From NCBI RefSeq assembly GCF_009914755.1, contig NC_060929.1: DNA of 64,000 bases. One strand, written 5' to 3'. The position numbers were made by a program, and so were the translations under genes. The DNA comes from the human T2T-CHM13v2.0 reference genome, Homo sapiens. Under the pieces are notes generated by a model. It searched no databases. It had not been told where the DNA came from and was given only the letters and a program-made list of their open reading frames with translations. Shown piece by piece: positions 14,271 through 28,240 of the stretch (positions within the stretch are counted from its first letter, which is position 1; the number at the start of each line of letters is the position of its first letter).

Positions 14271-16029
14271 AAGGCAGTGATATGGAAGACTGAATTTTCA
14301 TATCAACAAATTGATCAGTTAAATATCAGAAGGTAATCATAAGAAATTAGGTGAAATGTTTCTTGCTACAACCAAGAACATCAGTGGCAATCAGAGAATT
14401 CTAGCATTGAAAGAACCCTTGGAAATGATCTAGTGGCTAGATTCTAGCTGAAATCATTCATCACATTTCACAGGTGAAGAAACTAAGACTTAGAAAGGCA
14501 AAGAAACTTGATCTATGTCACTCAATGATGCTATAGTCATTATCCAGATTCTTCTAAAAAACTAATTTAACTTGTCAGACAGTGATAATATCAAAGGTGT
14601 TCAATTCATGTATTTGCTTTGCATTTTTTCAGTGATCATAGTCTATATCTATTCCTATCTCCAGAAATTCCCAAGTAAGGGTCTTACCTGATAACGTGGT
14701 AGCAGTGGGAATAAAAAGAAAAACAAAATAGATTTAAGAGGTATTGAGGGAAAAACAGATAAAACCTGCCTATAGATGAAAACTATGGCAGCTACTGATG
14801 AAGGAAGAGGAGGAATAAAAAGGTGACTTCAGTTCCCAGCCTGGGTGATGTAGAGGATGGTGGTGTTCAATAACAGGTGGAAAAATCAGGAAGCGTCTTG
14901 GGGTAGCAGGATGCTTATGTTGGGTTTCAGGTGCTGTCCTTTAGTCTGTGAAGTTGGGGAAGGAGATGAGGAGATGAACAGAATCAGGGAGGTCCAGAAG
15001 AGCAGGGTGAAAGAATATACATTTGATTTGTTGGCTTCAAGGATGCTTTTGCCCCTACAGGGAACAGCATCAGAACTGAAATCCAGATAACTCAGAGGAA
15101 CCAGAGACACTACTGTCCTCTGGGCCCTGGGGCCTCCTTCTGCTCGATATGAACTGAACTAAATGCTCCCTGAAGCTCCTGCTAGCTTCAGTGAGCTACA
15201 GTTCTCCTGGCATTTAAATGATGACTGTGGCTCTCCTCTATAATAATAATTATAATAAGGATATTTCCCACAGGAGGGAATGATGCAAACGTAAGAGAGA
15301 TTTTAAGATGAGAATGCAGGAGGAAAATAAACATGATTAAGAAATGACTTGCTAATGCTGCAAAACCTGTTTACTTTTTACTAATTTTTTTCCTGACACT
15401 TGTATATTTCCTAGGTGAGAGCTGCTCTTCAGAACTCTGCAGGTCTCATCCCTTCCCTGACTCTTTCCTTGTTTTCAGGGCACCGCATCCACCACCCACG
15501 TCCTTTTCCTTCAAAACCTGTGCTCACCAGGAGCACGCAGCAACATCTCCCTTGGTCACTGATGCTCAAGTTCCATTCCAGGGACAGGGTAAATATCCAC
15601 TACTGCTCACCACAGTCACCCACAGCTTTAAGGGCCAGAGAATCCATCCCAGCGATGGAAGACAGGGAGGGCAAACTTGAACCAGTGTCCTTCCATCAAA
15701 AGCCTCCTTTGGTTCATGCCAAACCTATACCCTAAGAAACATTCTGTTTCTTCATTTGATTGGACCAAATGGAAATCAAGCCAAGATTTTCTCTTAACAT
15801 TGAACTCTAGGAAGACAAGCTCATGCCTACCACTTTTTGACCTCTGCCAGCTGCCACTTCCTTGTACCAACATCCACTTCTTTCAAAGACAACTAACAGC
15901 ACAGTGCCGCACAGGGTAGCAAGCTGTGAGGAAATGCATCTGAAATCGGGATTGGGATTCTGTGAAAGGCAACTGCAGGATGGTTGCGAGTACCGGCAGT
16001 GACCGCCAAGGCTTTATGCAGCACATCGT

Positions 16030-16330
16030 ACCCACACACTCATGGCTACGTATACACACACATCAAAGTGGACGCTCAAGACACACTATCTTGTCTCTCT
16101 CTCTCTAACACACACACACACACACACACAGCACACTCTGGGCTGCACATCAAGGACCAGCCATAGAGTCCACACACACATCCAGTTACACACTTGGCTA
16201 TGGATGCACAGCCTGTGCGCGCTCTCTCTTACACACACGCACACACACAAATCTTTACATACACAACCTCCCTTGTATAGTCAGTGAGCACACATGCAGT
16301 TTCACAAGTACTTACATACACAAGTGGAAA
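16030..16330. repeat. Interrupted (CA)n/(CT)n low-complexity tract
   Basis: Several CA runs, the longest at ~16108-16129. Confidence 0.9.
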
Positions 16331-16379
16331 GCACCAGCCCCAAGCCTACAGTGATCCCACGCTGGAAACACGTTGTATA

Positions 16380-17030
16380 CAACCAGCCAGCCCACCTACA
16401 CCCTGAGCCGCCCCGAAGCCCACCCTGCCGCAAAGCCGGGTGTCCTGAGTCCAGAACCCCCAAGCCCCCGACCCCGTCGTGCTGCCCCGCCCCCGCCGCG
16501 TCCCCACCGGCACCCGTGGGCTCCTGGGGTCCCGACCCCCGGCGCACTTGCCGCACATACCCGCTGCCAGAGGCGAGGGAGCGAGGTGCCCTGGCAGATT
16601 CGAGCGGCCACCCCCAGCCGCTGAGCCGAGCTTCTGCTGCCGCCGCTGCCGCTGCGCTCCCAGCCGCTGCCTGCGCCCTCCCTGCCGCCCCCTCGGGTGC
16701 GGGCTCCAGCCCCCGCGCTGGGGAGCCGGCGAGCGTGAGGCGCGGGCCAGGGGCTGCGGGCGCAGGACCCCAGCCCCGGATCACCTGGGCTCGCCGCGCA
16801 TCGTCCTTCTCCCCAACCGAGCCGGACTCCACGGGCTCAACAGCCCCCAGCCCCGGTGGTCCCCGCTGCCCTGCCCGCTGCCGCCCCCACTGGGCGCCAG
16901 GGACAGCGGGGGTGCCGCTCTGCCGGCAGGGCGCACAGGGGAGTGGGCACAGAGGCGGGCTGGAGCGATCTCACCCGTTCCGGGCTGGCCAGCACGCGCC
17001 CTCCCTGGCCGGAGCGCTGCTCATCTGATG
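16380..17030. promoter_or_regulatory. CpG island promoter
   Basis: Very GC-rich, CpG-dense block in an otherwise CpG-depleted window; GC boxes (e.g. ccccgcccc ~16485-16493). The plus strand is C-rich on the left flank, which fits minus-strand transcription. Confidence 0.92.
16561..16780 (-). other. Putative non-coding first exon (5' UTR) of a large minus-strand gene; 5' end approximate
   Basis: Minus strand reads ...CTCGCCTCTGGCAGCGG|GTATGTGCGG, a canonical 5' splice site at 16561/16560 inside the CpG island. No coding exon is seen in the 16.5 kb downstream. TSS is inferred, not observed. Confidence 0.7.
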
Positions 17031-18441
17031 GAGGGCAGGAAGGAGCCCTGGGCTGACTGCAGGCTCCTGGGTGACCTTGGACAAGTTGGTTAGCCTCTCT
17101 GAGTGCCCACTTCCTCTATTCAAATATAATAAACATGAAAGCGTTTGTGGCGTCTGTGCCAGGGAAATCCTATCCCTGTATAGTTTACTTCCTTCTTATG
17201 CCTCTGCCTCTGCCAGAGCAGGGAGAGTTTGGGTGCAGGGTTCAGAGTGAGCTTCGTAGCACCTTGGATATAAGACTCAAGTTTTCCAGAGACAATGATT
17301 CCATTTGCCTGAAGTCTTCCTAAATGATCCTGTCCATATTGATAGTCCACTATTTGCTGTCTTAGCCTGTCCTCCCAGCTTTGACCACCTGTGACCTTGA
17401 GCATGTAATTAAACAAGAGTCAAGCCTCAACGCTCCCGTCTGTAACACGGGCATAAACTCACAGTTGTGTGGTGCAGGTGTGCCACTTAGTGAGTTGCAG
17501 TACCTGTGAGGGACGGTGACAGAGTGAAAAATATTTTTCCTCAACACATGTGACAAAAGCCTCAAATTCCAAGGATAAAATAATTCAAGAGTTAGCCTAA
17601 GCATGTTGGGAAGGGCAGGAGCGAGCAGAGCCTTCCTTCACGGAGGCAGGCAGGGAGCAAAGGGGTAATGGGTGAATAATTCACCCCCTCAAGGGCCACT
17701 GAGGCCTCCTGGAACCTAAACAAAACAGAGAAGCTGTGGACAGTGATTAACTTCTGAAAGTAAATAAATCTGCAAAGACAATCTTAAAAATTATTAACTT
17801 AACGATTGTAAGCACATCTCAAGTGAACTGGAAATTTAAATTGACCAACTTATCCATGCTAGAAACCTTTGAGTTGGTCCCTTTTTTAGTTTCTCTCTGT
17901 TGACATGCCTTGTCTCTCATTTTCCCTCTATTTTGTTAGGTCCTTCCTTCTTCCTCATGGTCTATATTTCTTCCCCATCTTACTCTTACACTTTTTTCTC
18001 TCTTCTTTCCTTCTCCTCCCATCTGAGTCCCCATTCTGTGTATGTCTTCTTCACCATCTTTGTGCCAAGTTTTTGTCTCAACATCTCTCAGCCATTTCCA
18101 CCTGTTAGTTCTTTCCTTGGTGTGTATGTCTTGAATATGTATTTATCTCATATCCCCTATGAAAAATTTAAAAGGAGAGGAGCTGTAGATTGTTTCTTTA
18201 ATGACAATAAGATCTAAACTTGAATTTGCCACTACTCCCCTTCCCTAAACCAAACACCTCACTTAAATAAAGCCATTATCCTCACTCATGGATGCTCAGA
18301 GCCTGAATCATCTTTGACACCTCCACCTCTGTTCCCCTTCTCCCCACTTTCTACTCAAACATTTGCCAGTTCCTGGGGACTCTATTTCCACTCTGTCATT
18401 TGCATCTGTCCCTTCCTTCTTATTTCCACTGGGCCTAATTT

Positions 18442-18459
18442 TATATATATGTATGTATG

Positions 18460-18536
<77 letters not shown>
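18442..18536. repeat. Compound (TA)n-(GA)n microsatellite
   Basis: Direct read. Confidence 0.95.
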
Positions 18537-18539
<3 letters not shown>

Positions 18540-18667
18540 ATCATCAAAGATTGTCTAACTGGTCTTCTCTCCCTCCAGTCCATCCTCTTCATTGAGCTCA
18601 GCATGGTCTTCCTCAGGCAGATAGATCCCCAACAGCATCACTCTTTGCTCTAAAACCCTAATACCCA

Positions 18668-19144
18668 TGAAAGGTAGAAAGCAGCTCCCCAAAGATATCC
18701 ATGTCCTAATCCCAAGGACCTGTGGTTATGTTACCTTGCATGGCAAAAGGGACTTTGCAGATGTGATTAAGGATTCTGAGATGGGAAGATTATTGTGGAT
18801 TATACAAATGGGTCCTTAAAATATTATTAAAAGTAAAAGAGAGAGGTAAAAGAGGAGGTCAAAGTGAGAGGACATAAGGACTCAACCAGCTGTCACTGGC
18901 TTTGAAGACAGAAGAAGGGGCCATAAGTCAAAGAATGCTGATGGTCTCTGGGAGCTGGGGAAGACAAAGAAACAGATTCTCCCCTAAAGCCTCCAGAAAG
19001 GAAGGCAGCTCCACAGACACCATGATATTAGCACAGTGAGATCTATGTTAGATTTCCAATCTAGAGAACTGTAAGATAATGAATTTGTGTTGTTTTAAGC
19101 CACCAAGTGGTAATTCGTTGCAGCAATGACAGTTAACTAATGCA
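18668..19144 (+). mobile_element. MLT1D-like MaLR LTR
   Basis: ccccaaagatatccatgtcctaatccc...gcctccagaaagg...ttgtgttgttttaagccaccaag. Confidence 0.8.
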
Positions 19145-21395
19145 ATGCTTCTCTTTCACATATGGAGTTACACACAAATGCTTTATCTTGTTATTAACAT
19201 CAATTTAGGTAGCCCAGACTTTCAGCCATCTTACTGTACCCAAACCTTCTATTTCAAGCAGTCTGTTCTTCAAACGCTTTCTTTTCTTTCCTGCTCTGTA
19301 CCAGTGCTCACGATGCCCTCTCTTCCGGAATGACCCTCCACATGATGCCAGTCCTACCACTTGCCAATGCCCACGGACTCCCTGGAGTTGTTCCTGATCT
19401 CTCCCTTCTTTACTTCTGCAGAACCCTCTGTTTGTATTTCTCAAGGTGTATCTCATATTCTCATTTTAAATAGTGCTTTCTAGTGAGAGAGAAGGGAACA
19501 AGAAGACTTTACACACAGGTTGAAACTGCTTCTGGCTTGCTGCTCTCAGAATGCTGTGTTTATGCCTCTCCTGTGGCAGTGGCCACCACACTGTGTTGTT
19601 TGTGAGTTATTTATGGGTCTGCATGGCTCACTGGATTGTGAATGCCTCAAAGCTGGAAACTAGATCTTGCCTCCTTTCATATGCCCCCAGCCCCTAGAAC
19701 CATGCCAGGCACACAGTAGGGACTCTATAAATGAGTTTTAAATATATGAATGAAGACAGCAGGTGCAATGTCTTGTTGTATTGAATAGACAAGGATATTA
19801 ATTCATTTTTCTTGCACCATCTGTTTCTATTTAGTTGGGCTGACCAGTTGAAGCACCTCAGTTAATGCAATGTGGTTTTAAATGGGGCTGCCTTGATGCA
19901 TACCTTGAAATGTAGACCATTTTTTTGTTTTTGTTTGTCTTGTTTTTTTGCTGAAGAAGAGCTACAATAAAAGGGCTCTTCATTTTTTTAATCAACTTTT
20001 TAAAGGGCTACTATTGTGAGTAAAATCATTATAAACGTGCAAAGTCTTTGGCCCAGCAATTCTATTTCTTGAAATGTATCCTAAGGGTAATAAGCTTATG
20101 CATTCAAGGATTTGCCTAAAAGAATGTTCACTGCCGGGCCTTTTATAAGAGTGGGTACTTGGAGGGAACTCAAATGTTTAATCATGAGAGATTCACCACT
20201 TAAACTATATTATCCCTCCCATGAGATATGCTCAGGTATTGAGCATGATTTTGTCAATTGATATTCATTGTATAAAAAGATGTTTGTGGATATGCTTATA
20301 TTCTTTTTATGCTTGTCTGAACTTTCTAACTACCATACAATAGCCATATATTTAAAAGTTTCAATTATTTTTACAAAACTGTTTTGCCTCCAAAAGGCAT
20401 CATATAAAACTTTCATATTTATCCAACTTTCAAGAAAACTCATCTACAGATGGGGTTCAGTTTTCTGATTATGATGAAAGAAGGGAAAAGTCACAAAACA
20501 CTTGAAATTTAATCTGGGCATACTTTATTCTGTTAATTTATTCACTCTAGGAACATTTATTGTACCATCTTAATTAAGGCGTTTGAGAGCAAACAACAGA
20601 AACAGATTCTAGCTACCTTAAACAAAAGAAAATGATTGAAATAATATGAGAAACTCACAGAACCACTGAGATACCAGGAAGCAAGCTTGGAGAAGCAGGC
20701 ACCAGGAGAGCTCTGGAGAACCATAAAGCAGAAAGCACAGCAACCGGTTCACAGACAAACTCAACCAAGATGCCACAGCATCACTCCTGACATGGTGAAT
20801 GGCTTCCACAAGTTTTCCATCCTTGGGTGGGTCACTCTCCCAAATTCAGAGTCCCTGGAGAATACACTGGGTGGCCAAGGTTTGCTATGTGTCTTTTTTC
20901 TCCTTGTTCTGAGTCAGAGGATTGGAGGGAGAGGCCCTGGTCCCACCACTATGACTACACACAATGGGCAATATATTTTTCCAGTAAATTGATGATGCTG
21001 TTTGGAAGGTAACATGGAAGCTGGCAGCCTAAATGCCCCCTACATGTCCCTGTCCCTGCGATGTGCCAGAAACCTGTGCTGTTCCGGCCACAGGCTCAGT
21101 TTCCCTGCCAGGGACCCTGTACAACCAGCTCAGTGGAGCTACCAGGCCAGAAACACCACTCAAAGAGATGGTGTTCTTTGATTCTATTATTTCACTTATA
21201 AACTTGAATGGTTGTCCACACCATACTTTGCTCAACTGGTACAAATATTCTGCTATGTACTTACTACGTTGCAGTCTGTCAAATGGCCTGGAGTGTGTCA
21301 TCAGCACCACACCATGGAGATTATCTTAAAAGTCTCAAAGCTTGTTTTAAAACTATTGTATTTAGGGTGCCTTAGCTACAGAAAAGCGCTGTGTG

Positions 21396-21397
<2 letters not shown>

Positions 21398-21453
<56 letters not shown>

Positions 21454-21479
21454 CAGTGAGTGAGAAAGAGAGAGAGAGA
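21398..21479. repeat. Compound (GT)n-(GA)n microsatellite
   Basis: Direct read. Confidence 0.95.
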
Positions 21480-24294
21480 AAATAGAGAACAAAGAGAAAG
21501 GAACAAGGAAGATGGAAATTAAATTCCAAATTTAAATTGCTAAAATAAATCAATGCTTCTCTTGAATTCACAAACTTGAAGCCTGCATACCTTCCATCCA
21601 CTTAAGAGCTGCTAAAAATTTAAACAGTTATACAAAGAGTTTTAATGCAGCTGCAAAGGCATGGAAACCAAACTGTGAATACCTTTCCCATAATAAAGCC
21701 AGGGTGACTGGCTTTATTTTAATAAACACCACAGAGTAAATAAGATCCTAGAGCAAGACACTGTGTCATATATGGGCACATGGGTCATTCACAGGCATCT
21801 CAGTTTACCTTATAGACAATCACTCTATCTCAGGAAGGAACTTCTAATAAAACCTCCTCCAAATAAAGTTGGAAATGGAGAAACATTTGCAATTTGTTGT
21901 TTGTAAGAGTCAAATCTACAGCAGAGGGCCATGTTTATCCTTATTTTGCTCTATGTTCTGAAGTGTATGATTATCTCCCAGTCTCCCAAACCCATATCAG
22001 ATTAATGAGTGGGTCTTGTGCCTCAGACCTTTCTACTCAGCCTCTGGGGTGCTCAGGTTCTGGAACTTGCTTCCTCTCCCATCCCATCTCACAGCACTCT
22101 CCTCACCTGCTGTGCTGAAGCTATGCTGGGCTTTAGGTTTCTAGTCTTACACACAGCTCTTTCTTGTCTCAGGACCTTTGCATTTACAGTTTCCCAGACC
22201 TGAAATGCTTTCTCTTCTGTTTCAGCATAAATATCTCTTTTTTACAGGTCCAGGTTTCCCTGCTCCACTTATCCCTCACTCTGTTATTTTCAGTCTCAAG
22301 CCTCTGTTGATGTCACTCATAGCCCTTATCTCACTCTGTAAATAACTTATTGATGTGTTTTTCACTCACCCTGCCTCCTTCACTAAAATGTAAGCTGCTG
22401 GAAGTAAGAGATAATGCACTTCATAAGAACCTGGCTTAGGGTGGACACTCACTTGGTAAGAGGTGAATGGGTGGAAACATGAACACAGGGACAGTTGGAT
22501 TTTCCCTTGAGCATCTGTCCTCTCCAGAGGGGTCACAGTTGCCCAGGAACCAAGGGTCCTTGGATGTCAAAGGAAACCGCTTCCATGTGAACTAAACGAT
22601 GATCACTCATTTTTATGAGAGGAGATGGCTTGGGAAGAAGTAGACTCACATGCAGGAGGGGTTGTAAAGCAGAACAGGTGTTCAGACACAGTGACATCAT
22701 ATGTCTGTAACTAAAAAATGAATGTGGAGCCAGAGAAGGAGGAGAGAGGCTTCAGACTGTATCTAACTGGGAAACAGCTGCCCAGAAGTCAGCCTAGTTC
22801 AAAAGGAATTAACAGAATTGAGCAAGGGAACATAAGACCACATCAATTCAAAATAGGGCGTTCTTAATCACTTACTATCCGGCAAACTCCATATTAACCT
22901 GCTGTTTGAACACTGAAAAGCCGACCGTGTGAAGCAGCAGAGAACAGAGGCAGATAAAGGGTGGCAAAGCAGAGTTATCACAGTCCAGATAAGAGCCTCC
23001 TGGCCCCTTTCTGTGTTAGCTGGTCTTTGTCCTCCAGTCTTCCCGGTATTGTTTGGTTTAATCTATTTATGTTTGAGACTGCAGTTAACTAATTCATATT
23101 TTATTATCAATAAAAATCAAATAGATGAACATTCAGGGTACTGGAAAGGAAATCTAGAAAACAGTGTCCCGAGTCAGCTCTTTCGGGCAAGGGCAGCCAA
23201 AACAATGAAACAGACATCAAGAGTATGAAGGACTGGGAAAATCCTGACAACACTAAAATTTTATAATTTGTTTTTAGATTTATATGTAGTAAAATTTGCT
23301 GGTTTGGGTGTACAGATCTGTGAGTTTCGACCAAGCTATAGAGTTGTGAAACCACTGCCATGTTCAGGATACTGCAAAAGTGAAATTTAACATGGACAAC
23401 TATACTTAGAGACACATTTTAAATAATATATTAATGGGGCATCTTTGAATGAGTTCCTACTCCATACTGTCCATCACCCCTTCCCCTTACAGGTTGATCC
23501 CATTCATACACCTAGAGGCTCTTGTCATGTAAGTAGGAAAGGAAGCCCTGAGGAGGAAGGGGCTACAGTGGGAAGAAAAGTAGGAGACAAGGAATGGCCT
23601 CTGGCCCCTGAAGATCCCTTAAACTGGTTTGAGCTCTACAGAGAAGGGGTTAGCAGCAAAAATCAATAGGAGTGTTCAAGAGGGGTTTAAGCACAAGACA
23701 AGATGCTGTGTTCTGGGCCTAATTAATAAAGCAGGGCTAGACTCAGGGAGGAGGACCTTTCCTTGACCCTGGAGAGGCAGGTCTTCATGTCATTTCCAGC
23801 TAGCCTCCTTGGCACAGACACTGGTGCTTTCATGATTGGCAGGGGCAACAGGATTCATCTCCAGGCAGCACTGCAGGCAGTGGAGATGGTCAGAGAAAAG
23901 AGGGACAAGGTGAGTGTGGCTGACATATTTGCATTTGTGGTGCATGTGGATCCCTTTGGGGTCTCCAACAGATAATAATAAGATGATTAGTGGATGATTA
24001 GAGCTATCACTTAATGTTTAAAAAAGGGCAACCAGGCTATCTAGGAGGTTGGCAAGTATTTGTTCCACAAACATTTTACTCATTTTCTATGTGGTGGCCC
24101 CTGTACTTAACCCTGCAGGATATGATGAATAAAAAGATAGGACTCCACTTTTCAAAGCACTCCAAGCCAAGTAAAGGAGATGGAGTTGGACCCAGATAAT
24201 TTCAACTCACTGAGATCATTAATAAGGTAAGCATAGGCAGCAAGTGGAGTTCATTATTATTGTTATTATTACTGTCATTATTTTATTATTACAT

Positions 24295-24530
24295 AAACAT
24301 TTATGGAGCACATACTATTTGCTAGTCACTGTGATAAGCGTTTTATATGCATTATCTCAGTCGAGCCTCATAGCAAGTGTATGAAGGAGATTCTATTACT
24401 ATTGCAATTTTACAAAGGAAAAGAAACAAAGCACAGAAAGACTAAGAAACTTGATATTGAGAAAACATGGCTAGAAAGGAGCAGAGCCAAGGTTGGAATT
24501 CAAGCTGTCTGACATTAAAGCTTTTGCCAT
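24295..24530 (-). mobile_element. MIR
   Basis: catttatggagca...tttacaaaggaaaagaaac...gcagagccaaggttggaattc. Confidence 0.65.
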
Positions 24531-25806
24531 GAGCAACTATGAAATAAAATGTCGTTAATAGTAACAACAATGTAAAAACAACATTAATGGTTGATTGCAT
24601 TACACGTATTGAGCACTTAACTATCTCAGATTATTTGGACCACTATTATGCAGAGAGAAACAATACAATCAGGCTGGATTTCTGATGCATGAGAAGGTGG
24701 AATAGGGGCCAGAATATTACAGAGAAATAATTCAGTTTAGTATAAGACTGTTTCAACATTTGGGGCTGTCTAGCACTGCAGGTATCAAAGCACAGGCTAG
24801 ATGCCATCTGCCAGGAATGCTGAAGCAAAAACCCCTGTTCCAGGTGTGAGATTCAACATCACTTTCTGCTGCTCCTCCAGCTTGTTGATTATCTGATGCT
24901 AAGATTTGAAAAGCTCAGTCTCTTTTGCCAACTCCTTCTCTGGCTAGCACTTAAATGTCAAAGCCCTCCCTCTTCTCCTCTCACTCCTTTCACTACAGTC
25001 CCCCTACCCCCATACTATTTCATCCACAAGCCTTGCTTAATTACCAATTGTATCCTAATAAGTCTCAAATTTTGCACTCCAGCCCAGAATTATTTTCTAA
25101 GCCCCAGATCTACCTTTTGGATATACAACATCCACGCTGCTGGTCTCAGGAGGACCTGGTCTAATTCACCCTGGATGATCATGGAAGAGAGGTCTCTAGA
25201 GGAAAGAAATAAATAAAAGGGGTAAATCAGTTTAACTGAGATCCTGAAAAACTTACAGAAATGGTAAAGGTATTTTGTGCTGGTTAGAAACAGAGAAACC
25301 ATTTAAACTTCAGTGGCACAAGCTTGTGTCTTTGATGACCTAGAAGAAAAGTGTAACCACCTGGACCACCAAGGAACAGTATTTATAATGTCATAAAAAT
25401 TTACATGTTGTTTTCTAATTTTAAACTTTTAGAATGAACCTGGATATTTGAAAAGACCTAACGAATGTAGCAGGACAGAATATATATTTCTCCATCTCAA
25501 CATTATAAAAACAATGATACAACCGACATAATAATTGGGAAGTAGAGGTGAGAAAGTGTGATGAGTGGATAAAGAAACTTTGATGTCCTCATCATACAAA
25601 ATAGGAGTCAAGAGATGTCTGTCTCCTGTGGTTAATGGAATGTACATTAAAATCAAAGTATAATTGTGCTATTTAAAGTTGCAGAGGTGACTAGAAGAGG
25701 AAATAATATGGGGAGTTCACTAAACAACAAATGAAGAAATATCTATGTAAGCATACTACATAGAAAGAGGGAGGTAATTTCCAGAAAAGTTGTAGTGAAC
25801 ACTGGT

Positions 25807-25837
25807 TTCATGTTCATGTTCATGTTCATGTTCATGT
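25807..25837. repeat. (TTCATG)5 hexamer repeat
   Basis: ttcatgttcatgttcatgttcatgttcatgt. Confidence 0.9.
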
Positions 25838-25839
25838 GC

Positions 25840-27058
<1,219 letters not shown>

Positions 27059-27992
27059 AGCTAATTTTTTATACTTTTCAAAATTAAACAGTCCTGATAG
27101 ACAAACTCAAACAAAAAGATCTCTCTTCTAGAGATGGCTGATTCTTAGGTGGTAAACAGACATATGCCTTTTTGTCTTTTCTTATAAGCACTGTATTACT
27201 AGATTTTTTTAAAAATTGATGTAAAGAATAAAAAATGAAGAAAATACAATTAGGCATGGAGTAAGGAGTAAAACATCAAAACACATGGTTTGTGGATGGG
27301 TCCTTGCCTAACGGCAATGCTAAATTATGAAAGACATCACTGGAAAGCATTCTGTATAGTATACACACACATAAGCATATCTAAATGTGGTTGCATAGAC
27401 TACTTAAATAAAATGAGGAAACTTTCACAAAATGTTACCAAGAGAAAAAGTGGAATGCCTAACAGCACATTTAATAGTATCCTATAGTAGAAATTCCTGT
27501 GGTTCTAGATTAAAAATCTATGAGAAATTTCACAAAACGTTAACAGTGGTTGTCTCTGAGGGGCAGAATCAGAGTTCATGCTTGCTTTTTAAAATTTATA
27601 TTTTTCAGTATTTGCCAAATTCTCTACAGTGAATATGTCTTACTTTGTAATAAGAAAAAGTAAAATATGGGTTCTTTAAAATGTTTGCAAAAATATTTTC
27701 TAATTGAAAAAAGAATCCTGGGCCTTGACAACACAGCTACTTGGGAATAATAGTTGGCATCAGCTGTGTTGAGGAGAGACCAAAGTAGAGGATGTGACCA
27801 CATCGGGGCTCAAAGCAAAGGAAAATGGAGCAGCCTGTTTCCAAGAGCAAATTGGGCTGGCCTCACAGTCCTTCCACGGCCACACTCTCAGAGCTCAGAG
27901 CAGTAGGTGTGGCCCAAGACCAAATCTTTTAAAGCAGAGAGTGTCTCCCACATACTCTAAACTTATGTGTCCATAGGTTCAGAACAACTCAC

Positions 27993-28240
27993 CTCCAGGC
28001 ACGACAGCTGGACTGCAGGCACACAAGTTTAGCTCTGGTTTCTTCCATTCTCCGTCTTGGAATGAACCCAGGAAAGTGAAGTAGGGAAAACGGAGAAGCA
28101 TGTGAGAGGCGTACGAGGTGGCACATACTCAGGGCTAGTGCCCTTCTGCACACTCCGGTGATAACAAAGCCTGGCTTTGTGTGAACTTTATAGCTTTGAG
28201 TATCTTTCTGATCCAGAAGGCAGCCCGGGGCATAAAGTAC
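27993..28240 (-). other. Candidate internal non-coding exon (248 nt)
   Basis: Minus strand: long pyrimidine tract CTTCTTCCATTTTCTCTCTTCAAG|G and donor GGAG|GTGAGT; non-repetitive-looking body with several retained CpGs. Confidence 0.4.

Noticed and set aside
15380-15595. Plus-strand acceptor/donor pairs suggesting an antisense exon
   Set aside because: Signals are ordinary in strength, with no supporting promoter or partner exon.
16294-17093. Long overlapping ORFs (244, 204 and 176 aa) across the CpG island
   Set aside because: Pro/Ala/Gly/Arg-rich frames open on both strands are expected from stop-codon depletion in GC-rich DNA. They have no recognisable domain, and the minus frame crosses a splice donor.
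18308-18653. ORFs with YIYI/ERER runs
   Set aside because: Translations of microsatellites.
21300-21322. TCAGCACC half-site followed by GGAGAT
   Set aside because: Spacing is non-canonical and the right half-site is poor, so it is not called an RE1.
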